DNA of 64,000 bases, taken from Chlorokybus atmophyticus (taxonomy: Eukaryota > Plantae > Mesostigma and Chlorokybus algae). Below, one piece after another: positions 27,058 to 39,580 of the stretch; the stretch's first letter is position 1; each line of letters opens with the position of its first letter. A model generated the notes under the pieces. It was not told where the DNA came from and made no database searches. It was given only the letters and a program-made list of their open reading frames with translations. Where the stretch lies: NCBI GenBank assembly GCA_009103225.1, contig RHPI01002836.1, positions 124,001 to 188,000 on the forward strand. The letters run 5' to 3'. A program made the translations under genes and the position numbers.

Positions 27058-28075
27058 CTGTATCAGGGGATAGGAATATTGGCGACGCGCACCCACGTGC
27101 GTGTGAGTGCGTGCACGAACACGTGCGTACGTGTGCGAGTGAGCGCGCATGTCTGTTTGGGTATCTGTGCACGCATGCACGTGTGTCGTTGATGTGCTGT
27201 TGTCGTTCTGTGTATGTTTGTGCGTGCGTGCGAGCGCTTGCGTGTGCAGGTACACACACAACCGCATGTGTGCCCGCGCGCGCGTGCTGCATAGTCCGTA
27301 TGGGATGGTGATCAGGGGACTTCAGCTGCTGTTGTTGTGTGGTATGCGCGAGGACGGAAGCGTAAAGAGACGCATAACCGCAAAAGTGACGATGCACTGA
27401 CAAGTCCTAACCAAGCCTATTGAACTGGCTCGCATGCATATGCTGTCACATTGAGACAATGTGCTTCCGCTGTCCATAGACATATCATAAAGAGAGCAAA
27501 CTCCACTTGCTATAATGGATGCATGTCAAAATGTTGCAGGCAGACCACAACGCGATGGTTGGCAATGTTGGTAACAAACTGTGGCAACTTCATACCAGCA
27601 TAAAGGGTACGCTGTAGCTAAGTCGTGTGCTGCTACATTGTCGATAACACAAGGTTGAATGTCACAGCAGCATGACCAGGGTAGCAAAACATTGCTGCAA
27701 CACTTGTGCTGTTGTTACTACAGATAGTTATCCTCACCAGACCGATGCAGATTGCAATAACCAGGCGCGCCCTCCGCCCCCCGCCGCCGCCGCTGCCCAC
27801 GCCTCTGCCACCGCCGCCAAGCATGTCTCTCAGCAACGACCCTCCACCTCCTCCTTCTTCCACTCCTCTCCTCCAGGAGACTAATAGTCGTCCTCCTCCT
27901 CCTCGTTCCCTTCACCCCTGCAACCCTTCACCATTCATCCCCTGCGCCTCTCTTCCTCCTCCGCCGCCACCACCGCCGCCGCCTCGTCGTCGTGTTGGCC
28001 GACGCCAACGGCGGCGACGGCGACGGCGACGGCGACGGTTAGCACAGCGGCGGCGGCGGAGGCAACGGGGAAAGA

Positions 28076-30491
28076 ATGGAGAGGTAAGTGCAACCAACTT
28101 CAAGTTGATGACTGATGTGGAGCAGGACGACAACGACACCATGGGCCTGACGGTTGCGACTTTGGTCCTGGTGGTGGTGGCGATGGTGATGGTGATGGTG
28201 ATGGTGGTGACATTCTCATCATGGCAGATGGAACACGCATCACTCGGTGTCTGTGGAGGTGGAGCTGTTCGACCACGTCCTCCGCCTATCCCAGGTGTGC
28301 GCTTGTGCTCAGATGTGTCCGCATGTGTACAAAAATGCCAAGGACAGAGCGCACATGCATCCGCACCCATCCGCACCCAACACCACATACACAGTATGCA
28401 CCAGCATACCATCATGTGTGCATGTGCTTTGTGTTGCCGCACGTTGCATGCGATCTCAAGCTGTTGATCACTGATAACTTTGGACCAAGCACGCACACGC
28501 TTCATGCATGCCCATTCCAGTCACCCACCGTTGCTTTGCCATATTATACACCAATCCCAGTCCTTGGTGATTGCAGGACCCCAACTCCAACCACTTGGGC
28601 ACGACCGTGTGGGACAGCTCCATCGTCTTGGCCAAGTACCTGGTGGGTGGCGTGTTCAATGTGGTTTGTGTGCGTCTCTGCTGCTGTGTTGACATGTCAG
28701 AGTGTCACGCTGTGATTAGGCCGTATATGAGAAGATAGCCATGTCGACATATGCGCTGCATGCGTTAGTGTTATCAGACGTGCATGCTCACACGCGTGCT
28801 GGGTGATGTGTACGTGCTGTGTGTTGGACGTGTTGGTGGTCTTGACAGTGTTTGTGTTGTGGTATTTGCATTGTCGTAGGAGAAGGCGTGCCGAAGAGGG
28901 GAGTACACGCGGCGCAAAGTGCGCGGCAAGCGCACGCTTGAACTCGGGGCTGGCTGTGGCCTCGCCGGCATTGGTATAAATATCAAAACCTTCTCACGCC
29001 CTCTTTCTCACCAGACTTGTCAACTATGCAGACGCACGCACGCACGCGCACACGCACATGGCCATGCGCATACACGCGCACGCACCGGCTCAAACACAAG
29101 CCAAGAGCACGCTTATGCATGTGCGTGTTCGCGCGCACGCGCGCACGCGAACACGCACATGCACACGCACACACGCTGACACACACACTCGCACACTCAC
29201 ACACGCGCTTGCAGCCTTTGCGCTTCTTGGCGCGGACGTCATTCTGACGGACCAGCGCGAGGTTCTTCCCGTGCTCCGTCGCAACGTCACCAACAACGTG
29301 TCCCCGCAGGCCCTCAAAGCCCAGGGCTCGCCCCTCATCGGTACATGAGACAAGAGACATTGTGTCGGTACATGAGTGCCATATTACTGTAAACCAACAC
29401 AGACATTAGGTGATGTGGGGAGGGTGGATGTGGAGGAGCTTGATTGGGGGAATGCGAGTCATGCGGAGAGGGTGAACCCGCCTTTTGACTACGTCATCGC
29501 CGCCGACGTGGTGAACACGCACAACATGTGTGACCCACGCTCGTGTGTATGTGTGTATACTTGTGTTGATGTTGTGTCGACTCGACTTAACGCTCCTTCT
29601 GCGTGTGCGACTCTCTGCAAACAGGTTTATTCGGAGCACCTCGTCAAGCTGTTCATCGACACGCTGCTGCACGTATCAGACCACAGAACCACTATCATGG
29701 TAACGTGTCATTACGCAAGCACGCAAGCATACACGCACGTTGTGTAGCATATTTGTTTTCTTACTGTTCGGTTGGTCAGATTGCGAACGAGTTGCGGTCT
29801 GAAACGGTGCACGCGCTGTTTCTGTCATCTCTGCAGCCACACTTCAACGTGAAGAAAGTCCTGAAAAGCAAGGTGCGAGCACCTGCATATGTGTGTGATG
29901 ACTTTGTGTGCGCGCGCGCACAGACGTGCAGGCACGTATGTATGTTGGGTTAAGTGAGCGTGCGCGTGCACCTGCCTATGTGTGTGCGCGCGTGCGCGCG
30001 TGCGCATGTGTGTTCACTCCATCATCATCCAAGAAGGTAACGCAACCCACCCACAAACTCACATCTCTCTCCCTCTCTCTCGCACGCAGTTTGACGACGT
30101 GTATCGCCACGCCAGCCTCGACATCTTCATCCTGAAGCGTCTGCGAGCCCCCAAGCAGGAGTCTCCCACACTTCCTTCTCCCGCCTCTTCTCCAGTACTG
30201 TTGCCACCCGCATGCGATGACAACAACATCAATGCAAGAGACACCACACAAGATCCGGCCGAGGATCTTCCCACTGTTGCTTCCATTAAAGAAGAGAGCG
30301 GTGATGTTGTATCGGACACGCGTGAGGGAGAGGGAGTGGAAGAGTGTAAAGAGGACAGAGTCAATGACCGTGAGGGTCCACAACAACAAGACCAGCAGGA
30401 GCAGAGGAAGAAAAGTTGGCATGCGCGGCGCGATGGGGCGCATGCTGCACGGCTGCTGGCGGGCATACGAATAAACGGGGAAGAGACGTGA
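28076..30491 (+). CDS. Protein-lysine methyltransferase, METTL21/Methyltransf_16 family
   Basis: ATGGAGAG/A gives MERWNTHHSVSVEVELFDHVLRLSQ/DPNSNHLGTTVWDSSIVLAKYL. Then GKRTLELGAGCGLAG (SAM motif I), VILTDQREVLP, ELDWG, FDYVIAADV/VY, NELRS. Confidence 0.92.
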
Positions 30492-30977
30492 TGATGGCGC
30501 TTGGGTTGTTGAGGTGTAGAGGTTGTGTTGTATTGCACAACAGTGCATGCAGTTACCTGCAGTGCAAGCGCATGCGGGTGCATGTGTGTGGCACGTCATG
30601 TGGCTTTGCGTCAATGCAATGTGACTGTGTGCGGGTGTTGGGCATTCCACAGCATCACATTACAACACTAGTGTACATATGTGAGAGTGCGGCACAGTGA
30701 GGCAGGTGTGTTGTGTGCAATCGCTCTGTCACGATGCAAGCGAATCACTGCATACCAAAACTGACGCGAACATATCGTTAACATTATGGTACCCGTGCAT
30801 TGTCAGTGCGAAAAAGAGGACGCTCTCGCAAAACAACACCTTTTCGAGCCAAGGCAATCCCATTGCAACATTTGTAACATTGCATACTGATTGTTCTCAC
30901 TGACTTGACTTAGGCTTGTGGTATCATGCTTGTCGTACCGTACCGCAGCTTCCTGCCTTTGCTTAGCGTCGGCGGCG

Positions 30978-32112
30978 ATGTCATCGTCGGCGGCGGCGGC
31001 GGCGGTGGCTCCGCTCTCCAGGCGTCCAGCGGACGCCCTGACCGTGGCGTTTTTCTTGCTGCACGCGCCGCTGGCGATATTGTTTGACGCGCAGGCGGTG
31101 CTGCCGGCCGACTGGTTCCCGCAGGTGGGTGGGGATGCTAGAGCATGCAGTCAACATGCATCGAGTTGTGTGTAGATGACGGTTGCGACACACATGCAAT
31201 GCACGCGTCTCAAGCAGAGCACTTGAGTAACGGCCAGGCCGTGTCCTGTAGCTGCCATGCAACACCTGTTTTGGAAGGTTGGAAAAAAAACTTCTACTCT
31301 AAACCAGGCGCCAAACAGCAGCGTGCGCGTGTGGGTGTGCTGTTGTCACTCCTGTCACTCCTCCCACCATTACAGTCAGTCTAGTTTGTTGTTGGAGTTA
31401 TTCAAGTCAGCGCGTAGTATGAATAACAGAAGCCAACCATAGTGTCCAGTTGACGCCTGGGTTTGTTCACTTTGCCAACGCAAGTCCTCAAGTAGTCATT
31501 CGCGCATGTGTATGCAAGCATTCTCGCGCATGCGTGCACACACACGCATAAACATACACGTAGACACACAGACGCAGGCACGCACGCTCGCACTTGCATG
31601 TGTACTTGCACACGCGTGCGCATGCATGCATCCACGCATGCACACGAATATGCCAGGTGTTCAAGGACGCCACCTCAAACTACATCAAGCATCTGCACGA
31701 CCCCCTTGTCTCCTCCACCCCAATCTGGTTCAAGTAAGCCATGTACTCACCAACATCCTTTGTGGTCAAATTACATATCCACATGCAAACACCACCTCTT
31801 ATGCTTAGATCACTGGTGTGGTGCGAGACGGTCATTCAGTTCCCATTCTTCTTCCTTGCCGCATACGCATTCGCAACAGGCAAACAGTCCATCCGCATAC
31901 CCCTCATAATGTACTGCACACATGTGCTTACCACAATGGTGCCGATCTACGCCGAGCTGTGGGGTGATACGAGCAACACATTTGAGAATAGGCTGATGCT
32001 CGCGGGGATATATGCGCCATGGGCTCTCGTGCCTGCATGGCTGCTGGCAAAGGCGCTCATAAGGGGGGAGAGGTTGTTTGATGTTGTTCATGGAAGGGGA
32101 AAGCGAGATTGA
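30978..32112 (+). CDS. TMEM97: EXPERA-domain membrane protein, TMEM97/sigma-2 receptor-like
   Basis: FFLLHAPLAILFDAQAVLP, YIKHLHDPL, PIWFK/SLVWCETVIQFPFFFLAAYAF, IRIPLIMYCTHVLTTMVPI, IYAPWALVP; 3 exons. Confidence 0.85.
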
Positions 32113-32334
32113 GTGTGGGACGACAAAGGGCATGTGAATACACCAACTCTTATAGATGTATGTTGCTTCAACGTATATGTAATTGAAGTTGATAATATGT
32201 ATCGTACATGTCAGGCAAACTACATTGTACCACCTTTGACGCATTTCTATGAATGATAGGTGCACGATATTAAGCCATTGTCAAACACAAGTTCATACAA
32301 TCGCAAATGTTGTCCCCCCCCCCCCCCCCCCCCC

Positions 32335-32585
32335 NNNNNNNNNNNNNNNNNNNNNNNNNNNNNNNNNNNNNNNNNNNNNNNNNNNNNNNNNNNNNNNNNN
32401 NNNNNNNNNNNNNNNNNNNNNNNNNNNNNNNNNNNNNNNNNNNNNNNNNNNNNNNNNNNNNNNNNNNNNNNNNNNNNNNNNNNNNNNNNNNNNNNNNNNN
32501 NNNNNNNNNNNNNNNNNNNNNNNNNNNNNNNNNNNNNNNNNNNNNNNNNNNNNNNNNNNNNNNNNNNNNNNNNNNNNNNNNNNNN
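32335..32585. other. Assembly gap (N run)
   Basis: Run of n flanked on both sides by C homopolymers. Confidence 0.99.
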
Positions 32586-35031
32586 CCCCCCCCCCCCCCG
32601 CTGTGCGCAATGGTCGATGCACTGACAAAGTGCGCGCGCGCAATTAAATTGATGTACGATGGCTACTTTGTGTGCATTGCCGGGTTCCATAGAAAAGACC
32701 TTTGCAAGGCCTTCACATTGCGGACAGCGAGGAAAGACTTTCTATATAGCGGGTGCTTCATGCACACATTCGGTTGAAATTGGCAATTGCATATGTGTGT
32801 GTATCACATATACTACACAAGTACATTCTCCTTTTCATTACATTAATATTTTATGCGTGAGTAAGGTAAAAAGAAACATGGTGGATGCTCCCATGCACGA
32901 CACATGCATAGCACAAAGCATTTACAACAAAGCATTCATATTATCATAACGTGTTAACGATACGTCACTGAGCAGCTTAAAAAGCAACAATAACAACTAC
33001 CAATGCATGAATTTACCAACATATGTATATCGAAACACAACTTTCAGATTTAACTTTGTCCGTGTATTCTCGACAATGGCTAGATACATATCCTCTTCAT
33101 ATCGTGTATGCATATGTGCGCAATTACTTTATCTTTTGTTTAAACGAAATCAAAGAGCGCGCATACGGTATGTTTATGGCATGTTTACACCATATCATCG
33201 GTAAACATCGCATACGACTTTGTGCGAAATCACAGATAAACTAAAGTAACATATACAATATGGTGTATACCCTATACCATCATTATGGTTTGACGTATAT
33301 AGGAAACCATAGTGAAACACGCTATGCCAAGCGCAAAAACACAACCAAAACACATAGAGCACAACACTTGTATAAAGTATATATAAAGTATATATATAAA
33401 GTTAGTCGGGCCGAGGAGAGTCGACGGTCACACTGTCTCGCACAGGTGCAAGGAAAGACATGCTCACCAAACATGCTACTGCGGCATGCTGTAGCATGGT
33501 AACAAAAGGAAAACATAATTTAGGGTATGGTTATGAGCTACTCAATAGGCATAACCAGCTATTGGTCAGTGGCGCGTGGGTCTTCATGCTGATAGGTCGG
33601 GCGAGGGTCTGGATGTAGGCATGCTCGGTGAAAGTTGGCATGCGGGGACTACAGGCATGACAAGTTTTGCTCATGTTGCAGCATTTTTCGCATACGATAT
33701 ATGACATTTTAAGTGCACTACATTGTATAATTTGCAAATTTATTTCAAGTGCCACGACGTCATGTGATGTGATGAAAAATATTCGGCTAAAACTTTGCAT
33801 CGGCTCCCGCGGATTGCAATGGTTTTGAATATTAACTCATTTTAAAGAAATCAGCCACAAACTACAACACGCAATGATATGCATACTTTATGCGTTTATA
33901 TGTCATGATATGGCTCTATCACGTCAGGTTGGATTAAGTGAGCCAAAGTGTGGCTTGTAAGGCGGCGGATTTATCATGGTTTGAAGCCAAATTTTTTGGC
34001 AACAATTAAAGGAAGCCAGATTGGCTCTTTGGAGCCACCAATCCGAACACTGATGACATGGCTCGAGGTTATCGGTTGAAAACCTTGACAATTAAATGTA
34101 CATTCCGCATTAAAAACGTTGAAGCATGAATTTCTTATGCGCGAAGAGAATAACGCGGTAAGCGGAATGGAAAGTTGAAGGATAAACGTAATGCTGACAA
34201 CGGGTATGAACTGTGGTACTCGACGTGTATCACCGGCTTTGCGAGGCAAGCTTGACGAATCCCATTTAATCCCAAGTAATTCCATGGGTTTGCACTTGGA
34301 CTTCCTGTTAATGGATTAATTAATACCGCTCAAGAAGCTTCTCGGAAATCTACGCTTTTATGCTCACATGTGTCGGGTGCCTACCGAAAGTGCCTCGAAT
34401 CATGACAGCATGGGAGTTTACGAAAATGTATCCTATACATTTTCAACATGCATGTTATACCTTGACATAAGCATACTAGATTATCTCTTAGCATATATAC
34501 ATCATGTCACGTGTATATCAGAATATATCTTGTTTGAATGTATTTATAACAATATCAATAGCTTGCAATGATGTCAAGTTTGGAGCCTTCCGTGGATAGC
34601 TCACCAAAGGTTCGTCAACAAATGAAGTTCGTAGGTTGGAAGATTGGTGTGAGCGCTCTCCGGAACGCATTCCCAACGCTTCCGTAAGGATATAATTGAC
34701 TTCCGTTCCGTCCAGCGAAGGGCACAGGGTGGATTCCCATTGGCAATGCCGCGTGCATTGCCAATGGGATTCCGCTCCGCAGCCCGCGGCGGCGCGGCCC
34801 GCATTGACATTTGTTGAGGAATCCGCGAGCTGCACGAGACTTTCCATCAGCGCAGATTCCGCCGCCAAAACCCAATCACTGCAAAAGAAAAAGAAAGGGT
34901 GTTGCCCACGTGAAACTTTTGCACGCGGCTGGCACGCGGCGACCGCTCTGCGGCTTACGATGTGAGCCTTTGCTGAGATTGAATGAGTTGGTTCTTGTTA
35001 GTGTTGGGCATTAACTACCTTCGGGGGTCGG

Positions 35032-35940
35032 TTAGCGGTTAATAGGTTATAGGTTAATGTTAACGCCAGGTTAATCTCATACGGTCACAGTGTTTAATGA
35101 AAGCAGGCGCAAACGATAGCTCGCGATGAGGTCTGTTCAGCTGCTTTGCAAGTTCATAATATCAAGCAACTTCAAGTTTTGTTCATGTGACCATCTTATG
35201 GCATGATGCATAGGTTGCATGTGTATTTATTAATCATGTTATGTGTATGTAACAGCCACATTTGCTTGAAGTAAAGCTGCATGACCATAAACACATGGTG
35301 TAACAGATATTATATACTATAAACGTATGTGTTTATATCTGATTCAATCATAACAGGTATTTATTGTACATAAGTGACAACAACGCCTGAGCTGCTCCTT
35401 CGCTTTTTATATAGCCATTATGCAACCTCGTTGTAACATAACATATCTCTACACACCGTATGTGTACATTGTGCTTCTGCTACTGCTGCTTCTGCCACCG
35501 CCATAAGTGTTGTTTAGCGCTAGCGGCGTTGAGTAAATGTAATTCTATCTTGGCCCCCACTTAATTGCTTATGTTTTGGTTGCACGTTTATTTTTCTTTT
35601 CAATATGCTTCGGAGCTTACTATACCTCGCAGCTTTTGTGTGTCATATGTATGCATACATGTGTTATAGCTATATGTGTCCAATACATACAAGGGTGTAA
35701 TTATGATTACACTCACATGACTTATAGATTGTATATATACCGACCCCTAGTATACATATAGACACATATGTGTACGTATAATATTGTAATTCATGCACAC
35801 ATGCATACATTTAAGCGCATGTTCACATACACAGGTATTAGATACCTCAGATGCCGTACCTCGTGCCGTATCTCAACGGCGTGTTAGACGTATCTTGTTG
35901 TAACTAGGTGTAACCATACGTAACCTATTAACCCGTTAAC
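35032..35940. mobile_element. Possible MITE or non-autonomous DNA element (weak)
   Basis: ttagcggttaataggtta (35032-35049) is an imperfect inverted repeat of gtaacctattaacccgttaa (35920-35939). They enclose ~0.9 kb of AT-rich non-coding DNA. No TSD identified. Confidence 0.3.
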
Positions 35941-36390
35941 TTTTGCTCTTCTCTGAATAATGCAAAAATCAACCTCACTAACTTGGTTGATGGTAAACTG
36001 GTTATTGGTTAGCGCCCAACACTAATTCTTGTCGCTATGAATCAATGCGTGCGCCAAGCATTCGTACTGCATGGTACCAACGGGAACACAAAGGAGCATG
36101 CCAGATTATTATTGCGGCTATGTGGGATTTCGGGCCTTTCAGGCCCCTATGAAGCGGTCATAGATTTCGGCTAGAAGGCAAGTCTGTGGTATAGGCCATA
36201 CCGTAAAGCTATACCGTGTAGCCCAGTGCTCGTTTGAATCTTGTCACGCGTCCCGAACTTTGCCTGCATAGGCCCGCAACATGACCGGCAGCGGACGGCT
36301 GGGTTAAGGTGGTTCACCGCTCCAAGTGGGTGCACCAAAGATTGTACAATGTCGCCTTTTGACACATACATACATATGTGTATGTATCAA

Positions 36391-36425
<35 letters not shown>

Positions 36426-39400
36426 TGTTGCTGACGGTAGGTATCGGTGTTGGCCCTCTCTGTGGCCGGCTGTGCTGACGTCGGCACAGGCGCACTTATG
36501 CCTAGGCATCACTAGGAACCTGCAACAGAGTGCGGATGAATAATCTAAAAGTGATGACTTGACCTTTCGGAAGGGACTTCCCTGCCTGTCAAGTTCTACT
36601 GTCAAGTTCTGCTGTCGGTAGCAGACTGCCGTTTGGCGTCGGGCTGACCAAACGGCGCCGCGACACTGTCCGGCCGCGGATCTGAGGTCTGGTGCCAGCT
36701 GATGCCTTGTCAGGGCTGGCGAGTCGCGGGCAAGGCTGACTGCGCTAATGTGGCTACGGCGACAAGTACATTTGTACCAGCAGGCGCGCAGGATTAGGGC
36801 TTGCGCAGCAGGTGCGTGCAAAGAAGAACCCTGCCTTGCACTTGTTGTACTTGTCCATGCTCTAAGCTTGGCGGGTACAATCTTGCGGAACTGCTTGCTA
36901 ATCAGTACCCGGCGGACACTCCGCCGGACGACCATCGAGCCGTCCGTAATAGTGACGTGGATGCCCAAAGTGCCGTCGCTGCCGTCCGATAAGGTTACGC
37001 GGTCACAAAAATGCCGCGTGTGATTGCACACATGATACGCTTAAACACAGCACATGTACCAGTGTAGGCGTGGATATCTATAAGCATAACCAACGTCGCA
37101 TTGGAAGTTGTAGCCATAAGAGTGATGCTGATAGCAATCATCGCCATAATGAGTATGCCGTCTTCCACTTCTGTTTTAGGGGCGCGCGCGGCATGCTGCC
37201 GAGATAAGCGAGTCACGGCCAGTGTTGGCTGGAGGGGCGGCGACTTTAAGTAATCAGTGTAATACAACGCGACTTATCTTCCTTAATTAACAAACCGTCG
37301 GGCAAATGGGGTCTGGCACCTGTCCTTCTCGCGCCTGCGGCCTGTCCTCTCTTCCATGATAGTCATCGTCGAGGGCTGGTACCACTACACAAGTACCTCA
37401 GGGCATAATGTCGTCATGCGGCCGTACTAATGTATGGCGCAAGCGCAGCGTTGCAAGCCATGTCTGTACGGATCCCTAATTAGGGCTACATAGCGTCAGT
37501 ACGACCTGTACGTGTGGACGCAGTTATCAACGGGGTTGATTCAAAGCTACTTCGTGTCCAGACGAACTACGGTAAGTGCATACCATCAGGAACGGGCAAG
37601 TGTATGCACTTATCGCATTGACGCACACTCGTTTAGTGCATTGCATAACATATAGCACCCGCTTTATGTGCATTCATCATGCATTCAGGCTTGAAATAAG
37701 TGCACATTCTATGCCCTAAGCGAGCAATTCTCATGACAAAATTGTGGTTACATGTGGGACATATCTAAGTGTGAGCTGTTTGTCACTTGTGGATCGCGCG
37801 TAAACTATCCTGGTAAGTGCATATACACATGAATCAATCAAGCAACATTTATCAATAAATGCATACGCTTTTAGCAACTTTTGCAACCATAGCCTCGCAT
37901 CACTATATGAAAAGTGTCTTTCCTATAGCTTGTATCCCATTAATGGGGTAATTCTTCAAGTGCTTACAAAGTTAGCATTCTTCTAAGCATCTACTTATCA
38001 TAAAATTATAGACATGATTTAAAGCGGCTTAAATGACGTTTTTGTTGTTATTTTTACACCACGATTTTAATAACACGCATGGCCAACAATATTTATATAC
38101 ATTATAATACTATATGATTATGATATTTATTTATACATGCACACAGCTTTATGTTGTTAGCAAATTATTCCCCCGTTGCAAGACTAGCCTTCATGAATAA
38201 GTATGCAATTTCGTTGGTCTTGTAACATATGTCGGGGTTTGTCGATAGCCTCTGAAGCATTTGGTCTTTTCAATTCTGTCATGTCGACGAGGTGATGCTC
38301 TTACACCGAAGTCTCTTTACGGGGGAAGATTGCAGGGGACCCATTCATGCATCACTTGAAGTTCAGTTCTGCTGTAATGCCGCGTCGTAGCATACAGGAG
38401 GACTGAAGAACCCACGATCAAATACCAAGCAGCAGTTGCAAACAGAAAACAGCATGCATGGATCTCAGGTAACGGTCAATACAATTGCTACGGTAATAAT
38501 GTAGCACTTGTCAGTGCCGGCGGTACCGGTCACTGCAGAGCTGGCCATTCAACAATACCAACTTGTAACATGATTGTGACGCCCCCGCAGTTGATAGACC
38601 TTTGGCGTACCGGTGTGGTACCGGTCTGTCGCTGGCTGTTTTATGTTGGAAAAGATTCCCAATTCATGCGGGCGAAAGGTTGTCAGCATTCACAGCGCGC
38701 ATTGCACGCTTCAGCAAAGGTAGGTACAGACTCTGCTAGCGGTACGATGATGGTACCGACCTACCCGCCTACCGGCTAGCCTGCCATGCGCGCAAGTCGC
38801 GCTGGTGCGCGGCAAGCAGGATTCCCCTCCTGCGGTTCAGTCCGGTTCATAACTCCTGGTAAAAAAAGAAATACCTGTCAACACGAAAAAGAAAAAACTG
38901 GTACGTTCAAGCAAGTTGATAATATCCCTATGCCCCATACCACACTGAATAAGTACTTGTGTGGGGAACAGGGCGGATGCAAAGCGCAAAGGGTTGTCTT
39001 GTGTGGCGAGCGGGTTGGAGAGAGAGATATACCTGTCCAGCGGCAGGCGGGTACATTTGCCTGTTAGTGTGAGAGACACTGAGTTGGAGGACTGAGTGTG
39101 TACGTGTGTGGGCTCCCGTGTAGTGAGCGTGTGCTTACCACTCTCAGATACTTTTTGCCCTGTAGTAAGCTGAGTCTGGGACAGCGTAGGGGTGTGTGGG
39201 TTCTTTTAAGGTCAAGCATACAGGGAGGTCATTAGCCCAGTTGAGGGGAGAAAAGGTCAAGTGCCCGGGTGGAAAGAGGAGGGGAAGAGGTATATTCTAG
39301 TGTGTATCTGTATCTGTGCTCGCTGCTGTCTCCGCCGTCTTGGTGATACTCCTCCTCGGCCTAAGTGTGCTTCTACTCCTGCTGGGTGAAGAGGGGAGCG

Positions 39401-39580
39401 CTGCTTGTCCCTCAACAGGAAAGCTATTACTACACCTGCCACATCAACACCACGGACAGTGACAAAGACAGAGACGGAGCCTTGTCCAGTCTTGTCAAGG
39501 AGTGCCAGGCGGCATTGTCGTCGTCGCCGGCGAGGTGTTTGACAGAGCAAGAGTAACAGTTTGAGAGTCCCAGTGTGTGC

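Noticed and set aside
27706-28467. 253-aa Pro/Arg-rich ORF
   Set aside because: It is made of CCG/CGA/GGT microsatellite-like runs covering the promoter, 5' UTR and first intron of the METTL21-like gene.
32600-39200. Fanzor/TnpB, Polinton or endogenous giant-virus genes in the AT-rich block
   Set aside because: No RuvC, capsid, polymerase or integrase motifs could be read in any frame.
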